Source of the DNA: an uncultured Gammaproteobacteria bacterium
GTDB lineage: Bacteria; Pseudomonadota; Gammaproteobacteria; UBA9214
Assembly (NCBI GenBank): GCA_963773065.1
Contig: CAVYZN010000016.1
Location: forward strand, 64,001 to 128,000
Direction: 5' to 3'
Length of the DNA: 64,000 nt
The translations under genes were made by a program, and so were the position numbers. Shown here piece by piece: positions 11,589 through 23,517 of this stretch (the first letter of the stretch is position 1; the number at the start of each line of letters is the position of its first letter). The notes beneath the pieces are model-generated. The model worked only from the letters and a program-made list of their open reading frames with translations. It did not search any database and was not told where the DNA came from.

Positions 11589-11984
11589 ATGTACGCGATG
11601 AAACGCACTCTGACCTGTTTCCATTCGGCCCTGCTTAATTTAGCTTGTGCCTCATCAGTGCTCGCCGCAGAACAGGTACCAACCCAACCATATCCATGGC
11701 CGGGGTGGCACGCAATGCCTTGGCCAGCTTTCTGGTGGATATTTCCGCTCATGTTTTTCGTGATGATGATTGTGATGATCATTTTCATGATGAGAAGGGG
11801 GTGCATGGGCTGCATGTGGCGTGATCGTATGATGGATAGACCCGAATTTCGCGATGCCATGAAACGATCTTTGGGCGAACATTCAGAGTCCGCTCTGGAA
11901 ATACTGAATAAACGCTATGCAAAGGGTGAAATCGACACGAAAGAGTACGAAGAGAAAAAAGCTGCAATTACTCGCTCAGGGTAA
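11589..11984 (+). CDS. SHOCT-domain membrane protein
   Basis: Signal-like N-terminus, TM helix, SALEILNKRYAKGEIDTKEYEEKK; RBS GGAGG. Confidence 0.82.
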   Translation: MYAMKRTLTCFHSALLNLACASSVLAAEQVPTQPYPWPGWHAMPWPAFWWIFPLMFFVMMIVMIIFMMRRGCMGCMWRDRMMDRPEFRDAMKRSLGEHSESALEILNKRYAKGEIDTKEYEEKKAAITRSG

Positions 11985-12002
11985 CCTTTTTGTGGATATG
12001 TT

Positions 12003-12078
12003 GCCTAACCCCTCGCTTCGAGTATGACCTCGTAAAACGTTCCACGCGTTTCTCGGCGCCTCAAGCAGAAAGTCGGTG
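12003..12078 (+). other. Degenerate attC-like integron site
   Basis: GCCTAAC (R''), CTTCGAG/CTCAAG (L''/L' with one extra base), decayed R' GTCGGTG; 18 bp after the SHOCT stop. Confidence 0.4.
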
Positions 12079-12559
12079 TAGTTTAGTGGAGTGCAGATCA
12101 CAATCTGTATTTGAATGCCTGCCTTACAGCATTAATCAGGCTTACAATGAAATTTGGCATATGATCTGTATTGGCCGATAACCAAAGTACGATTGCCGGA
12201 TATGAACGGCAAGTTATGCTGCGTTCCTGACCTACACAAGGAGTTGGGGAACGGCAAGTCCTGGCCGATAGTTGCCAACCAGGGACCACGCATAAGCGGG
12301 GTTCTGTGCTTCTGGGAGTGGCATGTTCTGGCGCGTGTCCGGAAATTTAATCAGCTCTTCTATTAGGGTCAGCTAATTGGCGGGAGACGACCCAAATGAA
12401 CCCTTTATCGCCTCTGGCTATTGTTAGTGCATCTTGCCTTTAACTTATGTTTACACTCAAAGGCACCATTAGCCATGTATCCGCAGTCTTCACGCCGAAT
12501 CGCACTTAGTTAAACCCTGACTCGGGTAAATAGCCACGGAACCCCACGGAAGACCCGGC

Positions 12560-12626
12560 TGTAGGTGCGAATTTATTCGCATATACTGACCCATGAGTTA
12601 ACCGTGCGAATAAATTCGCACCTACA
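12560..12626. repeat. GTAG-class REP doublet (REPIN)
   Basis: Perfect 22-bp inverted pair TGTAGGTGCGAATTTATTCGCA / TGCGAATAAATTCGCACCTACA. Confidence 0.85.
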
Positions 12627-12733
12627 GGGGAGGACGCAGGGCAGAAAAGGGGTCGAAGCTCTATTATTGCCATTTCTGTATTCCGACTCCAAGAAAAGGG
12701 CATTTACCCCTTTTTCCGATAGAATCCGGAGCC

Positions 12734-15700
12734 ATGCTGCACATCTGCCGTTCCAATCGCGTCGAGTCACTGCTAGAGCGCCTGGCGGACCGGCTCGGCG
12801 AGGAGCCGCTTTCCTCGCCTTTCCTGCCCGAGGTGGTGGTGACGCCGAGCCCCGCTATGGCGCGCTGGGTCAATCTGCAACTCGCCGGCCGGCACGGGGT
12901 GGCGGCCAATTACCGCTATCCGCTGCCGGCCGCGTTCATCTGGCAGCTCGCGCGCGATCTGCTCGGCGATCTGCCCGATACCGACCCGCTCGCGAGCGAT
13001 GTCATGACCTGGAAGGTCTACGCGCTGCTGCCTGAACTGATTGAGGAGCCGGCCTTTGAATCCATCGCTCACTACCTGCAGCAGGATGCCGGTGGCCTGA
13101 AGCGTTTCCAGCTCGCCGGCCGGATCGCGGACGTCTTCGACCGTTACCAGTTCTACCGGCCGCAGCTGTTGCGTGACTGGGGTGCCGGCAAGGACGGACA
13201 GTGGCAGGCGGTGTTGTGGCGCCGGTTGACCCGCGGGATCACCCAGCACCGCCTCGCCGTCATCGCGCGCCTGCTGTCGCGCCTCCAGAAAAGAAGGGAA
13301 AAGGGGTCAGAGCCCTTTTCTGAACAGAGTGGCCTGACTGGTAATTTTATTTCGCCTGAAGAAAAGGGGTCTGACCCCTTTTTGCCGGAGCGCGTCAGCC
13401 TGTTCGCCATCTCCAGTCTGCCGCCGCTGTTCGTCGAGGTGCTGCACGCGCTCGCCGCGCATACCCGCATCGACCTCTACCTGCACAGTCCGACCGACCA
13501 GTTCTGGGCGGACCTGGTATCCCAGAAGACGCTGGCGCGCAAGCGTCTGGCTGAGCCCGAGGCCGCCGAGCTGTGGGAAACGGGTAACAGCCTGCTGGCC
13601 TCCTGGGGCCGCCAGGGGCAGGCCCTGCAGGATCTGTTGCTGATGCAGGAAACCCCGGCCACCGAGGAGGATGCCTTCAGCGCGCCCGAGACGGAGTCGC
13701 TGCTTGCGCATCTGCAGCGGGACATCTACACCCTGCGGCCCATGGCGGCCCCCGGCGAGCGGATGGCCGTCGAACCCGACGCTTCGCTGCAGGTGCATGT
13801 GTGTCACAGTCCGCAGCGGGAATGCCAGGTGCTGCACGATGGCCTGCTGGCGATGCTGGACGGCGACCCGGCACTGCGTCCCGAGGACATGCTGGTCATG
13901 GTGCCGGAGATCAGCCTCTATGCCCCCTACATCGAGGCCGTGTTCGAACAGGATGCGGAATCCGACCGGCCGTTCATTCCCTGGAACCTGTCGGATATCT
14001 CGCTGCGCGACGAGCATCCGCTGGTGCGGGTGTTCCTGCAGTTGCTGGACCTGCCGCACAGCCGTTTCAGCCACACGGAAATCCTGTCCTGCCTCGACGT
14101 GCCGGAGCTGGCCGGACGGTTCGGGCTGGACGGCGAGGCGCTGGCGCAGATCCGGGAATGGCTGGCAGAGGCCAGGCTGCGCTGGGGATTGAGCGGTGCG
14201 CACAAGCGGCAGTTCGGCCTGCCCGGCACGGAGGAGAACACCTGGGCGCAGGTCGAACGACGCCTGTTCGGCGGCTACGCCCTGGGCGAGGGCGAGCTGT
14301 TCGAAGACATCGCCCCGATTGCCGGCGTGGATGGCGCCCGGGGCGAAATCCTCGGCCGGTTCTGGCGGCTGCTGTCCTGTCTCATCGAGTATGCCGAGCG
14401 GCTGCGCCGCCCGCGCCGCGCCGGCGAGTGGCAGGAATGTCTGGGCCGCCTGCTCGATGATTTCTTCGGTGAACAGGAGGACGAGGAGGGCAGGATCCAG
14501 AAAATCCGCGATGCCCTGGCGGATCTGGCCGGACAGGCCGGCGGCCTGGACGAGACCCTGCCCGTTGCCCTGGTGCGTCACTGGCTGGAGCGGCAACTGG
14601 GCACGCAGACCCGTCACGGACGCTATTTCAGCGGCGGCGTGACCTTCTGCGGCATGCGCCCCATGCGCAGCCTGCCCTTCAAGGTGATCTGTGTGCTGGG
14701 ACTGCATGACCAGGCATTTCCGCGCCGCGAGCAGCCGGCCGAGTTCGACCTGATGCGCGAGCACTGGCGTCCCGGCGACCCGCGCAAGGGGGCCGAAGAC
14801 CGCTACCTGTTCCTGGAAACGCTGCTGTGCGCGCGGCAGGTCCTCTACCTCAGCTACGTCGGGCGCGACATCCGCAACAACAGCGAGCGCCAGCCCTCGG
14901 TGCTGCTGCGGGAACTGCTGGATTATATCGACCAGCAGTACGTGGATGCCGGTGGCGATGCCGGGGACCAGGCTCAGTGCGCGGCTGACGCGCGTGCATC
15001 CGCTGCAGCCCTTCAGTCGCGCGCAATTACCGCGGCGAGCCGCGCAGCTACGACGGCGACTGGTGTGCGGTGGCGCAGGCGATGCGGCAGCCGCTGCGGC
15101 CCGAACCGGCGGGCGCGGACTGGAACCGCACCCGGTTGCCCGCCGCCCCGGACACCCTGCGCACCGTCAGCCTCACGCAATTGCTGCGCTTCGTGCGCCA
15201 TCCGGTCAGGTACTTCGTGAATACGCGCCTGCAGGTCTACCTGCGGGAGGAGGCGCCGGGTGAAGATGACGAGGTGTTCAGCGCTGGATGCGCTGCAGAG
15301 CTTCAGCCTGAAACAGCGCCTGGTGGATGATTACCTCAAGGGACGGCCGACTCCCGCGCGGCAACTCAGTGCCGAGGGCATCCTGCCGCACGGGGCCTTC
15401 GCCGGTCTCGCCTGGCAGCAGGAGTCACTGAAAGTGCAGCCACTGACGCAGCGGCTCGCGGCCTACCGGGCGCACCCGCCGGAGCAACGGCTGGTCGACC
15501 TGCCATTCGAGAACGAGGCCGCGGGATCGCTCCGACTCGCGGGGCAGATCAAGGGCATTTACCCGGGGCCCGGTCTGCTGCGCTACCGGCCGGGTGCCCT
15601 CAAGGGGCCGGACATCCTGGCGCTGTGGCTGGAACACCTGGCCTGGTGCGCCGGTGATGGCGGCCGGCGACAAATGCAGCACCCTGCACGGGACGACCGG

Positions 15701-16044
15701 GCAGTTCACCCTCACGCAGAGCCTTGACCCGGCCGAGGCGCGGGCGCACCTCGCCCGCTACCTGCAGTGGTACCGGGAGGGGCTGCACCGGCCGCTGCCG
15801 TTGCTGCCCGGCGCGAGCCATGCGTGGATGCGCGCGAGTCAGGGCGGCCGGGCCGACCCGCTCAACGCCGCGCTCGCCGCCTGGAACGGCAACGAATTCA
15901 CCGGTATCCCCGGCGACAAGGACGATGCCTATATCGAACTGGTGATGCGCGGCGTCGCGGGGAACCCGATCGACCAGCCGGAGTTCGCGGAACTGGCGGC
16001 AGGCGTTCTACGCCGACGCGCTGGCCGCAGGAGAGCTGTCATGA
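12734..16044 (+). CDS. recC: Exodeoxyribonuclease V gamma subunit, frameshifted in the 3' third
   Basis: SNRVESL..PEVVVTPSPAMARW, LLASWGRQG, CHSPQRECQVLHD, PMRSLPFKVICVLGL, HPLQPFS; ATGA overlap with recB. Confidence 0.93.
13298..13383. repeat. Palindromic REP-like doublet inserted in frame in recC
   Basis: GAAAAGGGGTCAGAGCCCTTTTC and AAAAGGGGTCTGACCCCTTTT around an AT-rich spacer; decayed copies upstream at 12644-12717. Confidence 0.8.
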
Positions 16045-19000
16045 GTTTCCAGATGCTCGATCCGCCGGCGGTACTCGCATTCCCCCTGACCGGCATGCGG
16101 CTGATCGAGGCGAGCGCCGGGACCGGCAAGACCTACACCATCGCCAATCTCTACCTGCGCCATATCGTGGAAGGGCGCGATGTCGCCGAGGTGCTGGTGG
16201 TGACTTTCACGGTGGCCGCCACCGATGAGCTGCGCGGGCGCATCCGCGCGCGCCTGTTCGAGACCCTGGCACTGCTGGAACACGAGGCGGACACGGACGA
16301 CAGTTTCCTGGCCGGACTGGCCGTCCGGCTCAAGGAACAGGGCCTCGCGGAACAAACCGTCAAGCGCCTGCGGCTCGCGGTGCGCGCCATGGACGAGGCC
16401 GCTATCTACACCATCCACGGCTTCTGCCAGCGCACCCTGAGCGAATTCGCCTTCAACAGCGGCCAGCAGTTTCAGCTTGAGGTGCTGGCCGACGACGGCG
16501 ATTTGTGGCGCCGGGCCATTCAGGACTGGTGGCGCAAGACCGGTTATCCTCTTGATGCGGTGCAGGCCCGCCTGTTCCGCGACAGCCTGGGAGACCTCGA
16601 CGCGTTCGAGGCGCTGGTCAAGCCGCTGCTCGGTGTGCAGCACAAGCGGTTGCTGCCCGAGGTGGAAAACTGGGATCAGTTGCTCACCCGCTGGGATGCG
16701 CTCGCCGTCGAGCTGGATGCACTGGCCGACCACTGGCGAGGGGATGGCGCCTCGCTGCAGCAGATATTGCGCGAATCGAAGGGGCTCAGCCGTGCCCAGT
16801 CAAGTCCCTATCAGTCGGACCGGATCGATCAGGCGCTTGCCCTCCTCGACGACTACTTCGCCGAGGCGGAACGCATGCCGCCGCCGGATGCCTTCGAAGT
16901 GCTGACGCCGCAGTGCCTGCGGCGGTTTGCGTTGAAGAAGGCCGATCCGGCGCTCGAGCGAGGGTTTTTCCTGCGCTGCGGTGAGGTATGGGGAAGGTCT
17001 GCGCGCGCTGAAACGCGACCTGCGCGCCGCCGCCCTGACAGAAGCCGCGGCCTTCGCGCGCGAGCAGGTCAGGCAGGCCAAATTCACGGCCCAGGTGCTC
17101 TCCTACGACGATTTGCTCGCCGAGATGTACCGGGCGCTGCAGAGCGGCAACGGCGCGGCTCTGGCGGAGTCGGTGTGCACGCGTTTTCCGGTGGCGATGA
17201 TCGACGAGTTTCAGGATACCGACCCGGTGCAGTACGGCATCTTCCGCGAACTCTACCGCGGCCGGCTGGACTGCGGCCTGATCCTGATCGGCGACCCCAA
17301 GCAGGCCATCTACAGTTTCCGCGGCGGCGATATCTTCACCTACATGCAGGCCAAGCAGGACGTGGGCGCGGACAGCGTCTACACCCTGAACATCAACTGG
17401 CGCTCGACGCCGGAGGTGCTGAACGCAGTTAACGCCTTCTTCAGGCAGCGTGAGAGGGATGCCTTCGTTTATGGAGAAACCATTCCGTTTATCGGCACCC
17501 ACGCGGCGGACAAGTCGCATCGCTATCTGCAAAGGGACGGTGAGCGGCAAGCCGCGCTGCAACTCTGGTTGCTGCCCGAGGGCCGCAACGCGAAAGGCGA
17601 GGCGAAACCGCTCTCGAAAGAGGAGGCGAGCGGGCTGAGCCATGACGCCGTGGCGCAGGAGATCACGCGGCTCATCGCCGAGGGCAGAGCCGGGACGGCG
17701 CGGCTCGGCGACCGGGCGCTCTGTCCCCGCGATATCGCGGTGCTGGTGCGTACCTCCTTACGAGGCCTCGGGTCTGCGCCGGGTGCTCTCGGAACATGGC
17801 GTCAATGCCGTCTCCGTCGGGCGCGAGGGCGTGTTCAATACCCCGGAGGCGGCGGCTCTGGAGGTGCTGCTCCAGGCCGTGCTCGCCCCGCGCGAGCGGG
17901 AACTCGCGCGCCTGGCGCTGACCTCCGCGCTGCTCGCCCTGGACTACGCGCAGATCGAGCGCATCCTCCAGAGCGAAGCGCAGTGGGTGGACTGGGTGGA
18001 TCAATTGCGGCTGTTGCACCAGGTCTGGCAGCGCAAGGGATTCATGTCGATGTTCCAGCAGATGCTGCGTCGCCTGGGTATCGCCGAGGCGCTCGGCCGG
18101 GGCGAACAGGCCGAGCGCCGCCTGACCAATCTGCTGCATCTGGGCGAGTTGCTGCAGCAGGCTTCCAAGGCTCACCCGGGCATGGACGCGTTGCTGGGAT
18201 GGTATCGGGAGCAGCGCGACCGCGGCGCGGCGGAAGAATCCGAACTGCGTCTGGAAAGCGATGAGGAGCTGGTGCAGATCGTCACCATCCATGCCAGCAA
18301 GGGGCTGGAGTATCCGGTGGTCTTCGTACCCTACCTGTGGGGCTGCAAACCGCGCGCACTGAACGGCTTGCTGGGGTTTCACCGCGGCAACGAGGCGTGT
18401 CTGGATGCCGGGTCCGACGCCATCGAGGAGCATCTCCTCCTCGCCGAGCAGGAACGCCTGGCCGAGGACGTGCGCCTGGCCTATGTGGCGCTGACCCGCG
18501 CGGAGGCCGCCCTCTATCTGGTGTGGGGGCGGGCCGGATCCAGAGACGGTTCCGCCGGCCAGACCGCGCTGGCCTGGCTGCTGCACCCGCACCAGGCGCG
18601 GGAACGGCTGGCCGCGGAGCGCCCGGACGCGTTTGCCGGCCTGGCGGACCTGGAGCCGGACCTGCACCGGCTGGCGGAGCGGGCGCGGGGCGACATCGTC
18701 GTTACCCCGCTGCCGCAGTCCGTGGCGGAGACCGTGGCGCCGCCGGCCGGAGAAGCCGGAAGCGCTGGCGCCCCGGCGCTTCACCGGTCACATCGCCACC
18801 GACTGGCGGATCAACAGCTTTTCCGCCCTGACACGGGATGTCCATTCCGGTCCGGCGATTCCGCGTGCCGGCGCGGCGGATGACCCGGCGCTGCAATTTC
18901 CGGCGGGCAGCCATGTCGGCTCCTATCTCCACTTGCTGCTCGAATGCCTGGATTTCCGGGGCGATGTCGAACGGCAGGTGCTGCAGCACAGCGCGCAGGT

Positions 19001-19616
19001 GGCCGCGCGCTTCAACCTGGATCACGAACGCTGGGGCGCGAGCGCGGCCGAGTGGCTGGCGCGGGTGATCGCCACGCCGCTCGATGCGCAGGGGTTGCGG
19101 CTGGCGCAACTGCCGCCGCAGGCGCGGCTCAACGAACTGGAGTTCGATTTCTCCACGCAGCGGGTCGACATCCCTTCCCTGAATGCCTTACTGGAACAGG
19201 CGGCCGGTCGGCCTCTGCCGCCGCTCGAGGTCGCGACCTTCCGGGGCATGGTCACCGGCATCATCGACCTGGTGTTCGAGTACGAGGGCCGGTTCTACAT
19301 CGCCGACTACAAGAGCAACTTCCTCGGCGGGCAGTTCGGCGACTACGAACGGCCCGGGCTCGAGCGGGCCGTGTACGAACGCCGCTATGACCTGCAGTAC
19401 CTGCTCTACACCCTGGCGCTGCACCGCTACCTGCGCCAGCGCGTCGACGGCTACGACTATGCGCGCCATTTCGGCGGGATCCACTACCTGTTCCTGCGCG
19501 GCATGCGGCCGGAAAGCGGGGCGGCGTGCGGGGTGTACTTCGTCCGGCCCGACCCGGCGCTGGTGGAGGCGCTGGACCGGCAAATATTCCACCCTGATGA
19601 GGCGGTAGCGACATGA
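16041..19616 (+). CDS. recB: Exodeoxyribonuclease V beta subunit, frameshifted
   Basis: LIEASAGTGKT, MIDEFQDTD, GDPKQAIYSFRGGD, TIHASKGLEY, YVALTRA, nuclease GIIDL..ADYKSN. Confidence 0.95.
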
Positions 19617-21474
19617 GCGACGTGTTGCGGCGCCTGATGGACACCGGCGGTCTCCCGCCGCTGGCGTATTACTTCGCCCGCTTCGTGGCGCGCGGCTGCG
19701 GGGTGGATGAGGACGGTCTGCTGGCCCGGAGCGCCGCCCTGGTCAGCCTGCGCAACCTGCAGGGCGACGTCTGCGTGGACCTCGCGCAGTATGCGGGCCG
19801 ACCCCTGTTCGGGGATGACGACGAGGCATCGCGCGAGCTTCCCCGTGCACCGGCGCTCGGCGAGTGGCTGGAGGCGCTGGCCGCTGCGACCTGGGTGGGT
19901 CGGCCCGGCATCAGCGCGCCGCTCATCCTGGATAACCACCGCCTCTACCTCGGCAAGTACTGGCAGTACGAACAGACAGTGGCCGAGGCCCTGCGGGAGC
20001 GTCTGGAATCCGTGGCGGCGCTGGACGCGGCGCGGCTGGCCGATGGCCTGCGGCGGCTGTTCAGGGATGCGCAGGATGGCGCGACAGATTGGCAGAAGGT
20101 CGCGGCGGCGATCGCGGTCAGCCGCCGTTTTGCCGTGATTTCGGGCGGACCGGGTACCGGCAAGACCACCACCGTGGTGAAGGTGCTGGCGCTGCTGTTG
20201 GAGCAGGACCCGAGACTGCACATCGCCCTGGCGGCGCCCACCGGCAAGGCGGCGGCGCGTCTCACGGAAGCCATCCGCGGCGGCAAGGGCTGCGTCGACG
20301 CCGCGGCTGGAGTGCTGGCCGGCATACCGGAGGAGGCGAGCACGCTGCACCGGTTGCTCGGCGCCGGGTTCGGCAGCGGCTTCCGCCACAACCGGGACAA
20401 CCCGCTGGTGCTCGACTGCCTGGTGGTGGACGAGGCCTCGATGATCGACCTGCCGCTAATGGCCCGTCTGCTCGAGGCCCTGCCGGCGCAGACCCGCCTC
20501 ATCCTGCTCGGCGACCGCGACCAACTGGCCTCGGTCGAGGCGGGCAACGTGCTCGGTGATATCACCGGTCATGGCCAGGAGATCCGTTACAGCCGGCCGC
20601 AAATCGATTTCCTGGAAGCTCTCGGCGTGGCGCCCGGCGGGGTGCTGCCGAGAGCGTCGCAGTCGCCGCGCGTCGCCGATGCGGTGGGACTGCTGCGGGT
20701 CAGCTACCGTTTTGCCGCGGACAGCGGCATCAGCGAGTTGGCGCGCCGGGTCAATGCCGGGGAGGGGGAGGCAGCGCTGCGGCTGTTCGGGGATGATCGC
20801 TACCGCGATATCGCCTGGCTCGACGCGCGGGAGGGTGGCCTCAATCCCGCCTGCATGGACTGGGCGGTGGATCGCTATGCCCGTTATCTGCAGGAGGACG
20901 ATGTGGCCGCCGCGCTTCGGTCCTTCGAGCAGACGCGGGTGCTGGCCGCGCTGCAGGGCGGAGCCTTCGGCGTCGAGGAAATCAACCGGCGCATCGCCGA
21001 GCGGCTGCAGGCGCGTGGGCTGATCCAAGGCGGCGAGGAATACCACGGCAAACCCGTCATGGTGACGACCAACGACTACGAAGTGGGCCTGTTCAACGGC
21101 GACATCGGCCTGTTATGGCGCGCCGCGGACGATACCCTGCGCGCCTGGTTTGCCTTCACGGCAAACGAGCCGCGCAGTGTTTCCATCCGCCAGTTGCCCG
21201 AACACGTCTGTGCCTACGCCCTGACGGTGCACAAGAGCCAGGGTTCCGAGTTCGACGAGGTGCTGCTGGTGTTACCCGCAACGGAAAGCCGGGTGCTGAC
21301 CCGTGAGCTGGTTTACACCGGTGTTACCCGGGCGAGACGCCGGGTAACCATCCAGGGCGAGCGGCAGACCTTCCTGCAAGGCTGCCAGCATCGCGTGCTG
21401 CGGGCCTCCGCCCTGTCGGAGAAGCTCGGCTGGGGCAGGGAGCAGAGGAAACATCATCAGGCCACCCTCAATAA
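19613..21474 (+). CDS. recD: Exodeoxyribonuclease V alpha subunit (3' end approximate; the stop is lost in this sequence)
   Basis: ISGGPGTGKTT, APTGKAAARL, VDEASM, TVHKSQGSEF, ELVYTGVTRAR; similarity ends near 21435. Confidence 0.93.
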
Positions 21475-21541
21475 TCCTGAACAAATCCCGATTTTTCGAG
21501 GTTCCCATGCGTTGGGAGGCATGGACGCGTGTCGGGTGCGG

Positions 21542-22405
21542 CTACCCCCGCTGCTTGAAAATCCAGACTTCATTCAGGCGGAGTGTTTCCTTGACCTCTT
21601 CGGCATGGGTTTGCGCTTCTTTTGCCGTCGCAAAGCCGGTGAGCTGTACGCGCCAGAACATCCGGCCTTTCACCTCGGCTTGGTTCTGCTCCACGGGGAC
21701 GCCGCGGTCGCGTGCGCTGGCCGCGAACCGTCCCGCCACCGCCTTGTTCGGGTCGGACAGCAAATTGATCACCCAAGGGCCCTTCTTGCCGCTCCCCTGC
21801 GCAAGAACCGCGTCGGTTGCGAGGGCGGTGGTAATCGGGATTGCTGGTTCTCCTTTGCGTGCCTCGACCGGTGTCTCCTTCACGGAATCCTGCGCCGCCG
21901 CGGTGTCACCCGCTGCCCCGCTGACCATGGTCACAGGTTGCGACTCGACGGGTGTGGACGCCGCCGCGGGTGTTTCCGCAAGCGCTCTCCTCACTCTGCC
22001 GGTGGCTTCCGTAGATTCGGGCGCGACATCGGCAGGCGACCGCGCAATGCCTGCCGCGGGCGCCTCGGAAGGGATGTCCACTTCCGTGATTGCCGTCGTC
22101 CCTTCCTCTGCTGCCCAGGCCGCGACGGTAGCCTGCCGCTGCTGCGAGGTGACCGAGGCGAGTTTGGCGTCGAGACCGGAAAATGCCTCGGTCAGCGCCC
22201 GTACGCGCGCATTCAGTGAGGTATATTTTCCCTCGAGCAGGCTGGCGGGAAAGGCCCAGGTCTTTACCTCGACCAACTCGCTTTCCAGTGCACTCAGCCG
22301 CTTGTTGATGTCGAAAATATAGAGATTGACGCCAACGGTAAGACAGATAACGACGATCAGGGAAAACAGCTCCAGATATTTCAATATGCGATTATTAATG
22401 GCCAA
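21542..22405 (-). CDS. SPOR-domain membrane-anchored protein
   Basis: N-terminal TM, coiled coil, A/T/P-rich linker, GPWVINLLS..WRVQLTGFATAKEA..VWI. Confidence 0.8.
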   Translation of the reverse strand: MAINNRILKYLELFSLIVVICLTVGVNLYIFDINKRLSALESELVEVKTWAFPASLLEGKYTSLNARVRALTEAFSGLDAKLASVTSQQRQATVAAWAAEEGTTAITEVDIPSEAPAAGIARSPADVAPESTEATGRVRRALAETPAAASTPVESQPVTMVSGAAGDTAAAQDSVKETPVEARKGEPAIPITTALATDAVLAQGSGKKGPWVINLLSDPNKAVAGRFAASARDRGVPVEQNQAEVKGRMFWRVQLTGFATAKEAQTHAEEVKETLRLNEVWIFKQRG

Positions 22406-22690
22406 CGGTATTTGCCCTTGAGTTGTGAGTCGATTGACGTCGGGTTCTTTCCGGATAGGTCAAGGCGCCCGGGGTGGCTGGAGTTCTGCAGGGCCGGTCT
22501 CTGTAGAGGAAGAGTCCTGCGTTTTCCGCTACCTCTATTACACAGGCAAGCATCATTCAAACAGGTACTGAAAACCCGGCCTTTGTGGATGCTCATTTTT
22601 CTGATTGGTACAGCAAAACAAGAACGACGGCCCGGCGGGCGGCGCTACGTTTAGGGATCGACATGGTGATGGCAATTGACAGTGCTGGCA

Positions 22691-22894
22691 TCACCATCTT
22701 TTCACTATCCGACAAAGTAATCTTGTGAACAGGGTTTCAGTCGCCGGGTGATTATAAACATGCTCCAGAGGTACCCATTCTGCCGAGATACTATTCAATC
22801 GCCGGTCTGGGAATCTTCGCCGATTGTGGGGATAGGCCTGCTCCTCCTTGGTGTCGAAGCTGCGCCTGTCTGTCAACTTCCTCCGGTCTCGCAT
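22691..22894 (-). CDS. Small hypothetical protein with DRR repeats
   Basis: MRDRRKLTDRR..NRRRFPDRRLN; GAGGG RBS. Confidence 0.5.
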   Translation of the reverse strand: MRDRRKLTDRRSFDTKEEQAYPHNRRRFPDRRLNSISAEWVPLEHVYNHPATETLFTRLLCRIVKRW

Positions 22895-23080
22895 CCCTCA
22901 TCCTGCATTCATGAGTTTTCAAGCGGAGGGATTCTATCAAATCACTGTCCTAGTGACTAACGCTTCTGATCTTCGAGGAGAACGTCGCATTGGGGTCACC
23001 AAATTTTCACCTCCAGCCCCCGCATTCGCGGGGTATTGGCTAGAATGACGGGTTTGGTCAGGGTATCACCTGACCCCGTG

Positions 23081-23398
23081 TCAGCCGCCTCTGTCGACCT
23101 CTTCCGATGGATTGTCCGGCAAGCGGGCATAGGGGTGGTCAATGGGCGTTTCCACATAGGCCTGGCGTGTCTTTTCGGATTCGAAATAAATGGTCAGATT
23201 CCCATCGACGATATAGGGGTGGCCTGATACGTTCTCGATATCCCGGTTGGTAATCGGATCAATGGTATTGATGAGATGGTCCGGCTCATGCAGCCGATGG
23301 CTTTGCTCCCGATCGCGAGGCAATGGATCCGAAGCGACCCAGTTGAGGTTTTCAATACCCTGAACCGGGGTACGTTGAGTAGGTGTCGAGATGGTCAT
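23081..23398 (-). CDS. YHS-like domain protein
   Basis: DPITNRDI..IYFESEKTRQAY; AAGGAG RBS. Confidence 0.65.
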   Translation of the reverse strand: MTISTPTQRTPVQGIENLNWVASDPLPRDREQSHRLHEPDHLINTIDPITNRDIENVSGHPYIVDGNLTIYFESEKTRQAYVETPIDHPYARLPDNPSEEVDRGG

Positions 23399-23517
23399 TG
23401 TAGTCTCCTTAACCTTATCGGTTGATCGAGTCGCCGAACGCGCCTGCTGCGCCTAGCGAACCTCGTTGTGTGTGTCAGGATGAGTGGCTGGCGGCTAGCC
23501 TGTTCAGGCGCCGACGA

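Noticed and set aside
9885-12430. CRISPR array
   Set aside because: Repeats are degenerate, irregular and interrupted by genes; no cas genes
12285-12430. Second attC site ending GTTAGTG
   Set aside because: No recognisable R'' box or L-box pairing
15594-17432. Apparent RecC-RecB fusion ORF
   Set aside because: A frameshift artefact; the normal ATGA overlap is visible at 16041-16044
21475-22219. Apparent 868-aa RecD with a novel C-terminal domain
   Set aside because: The extension is antisense to the SPOR gene and Arg/Cys-rich; one indel restores a stop at 21472-21474
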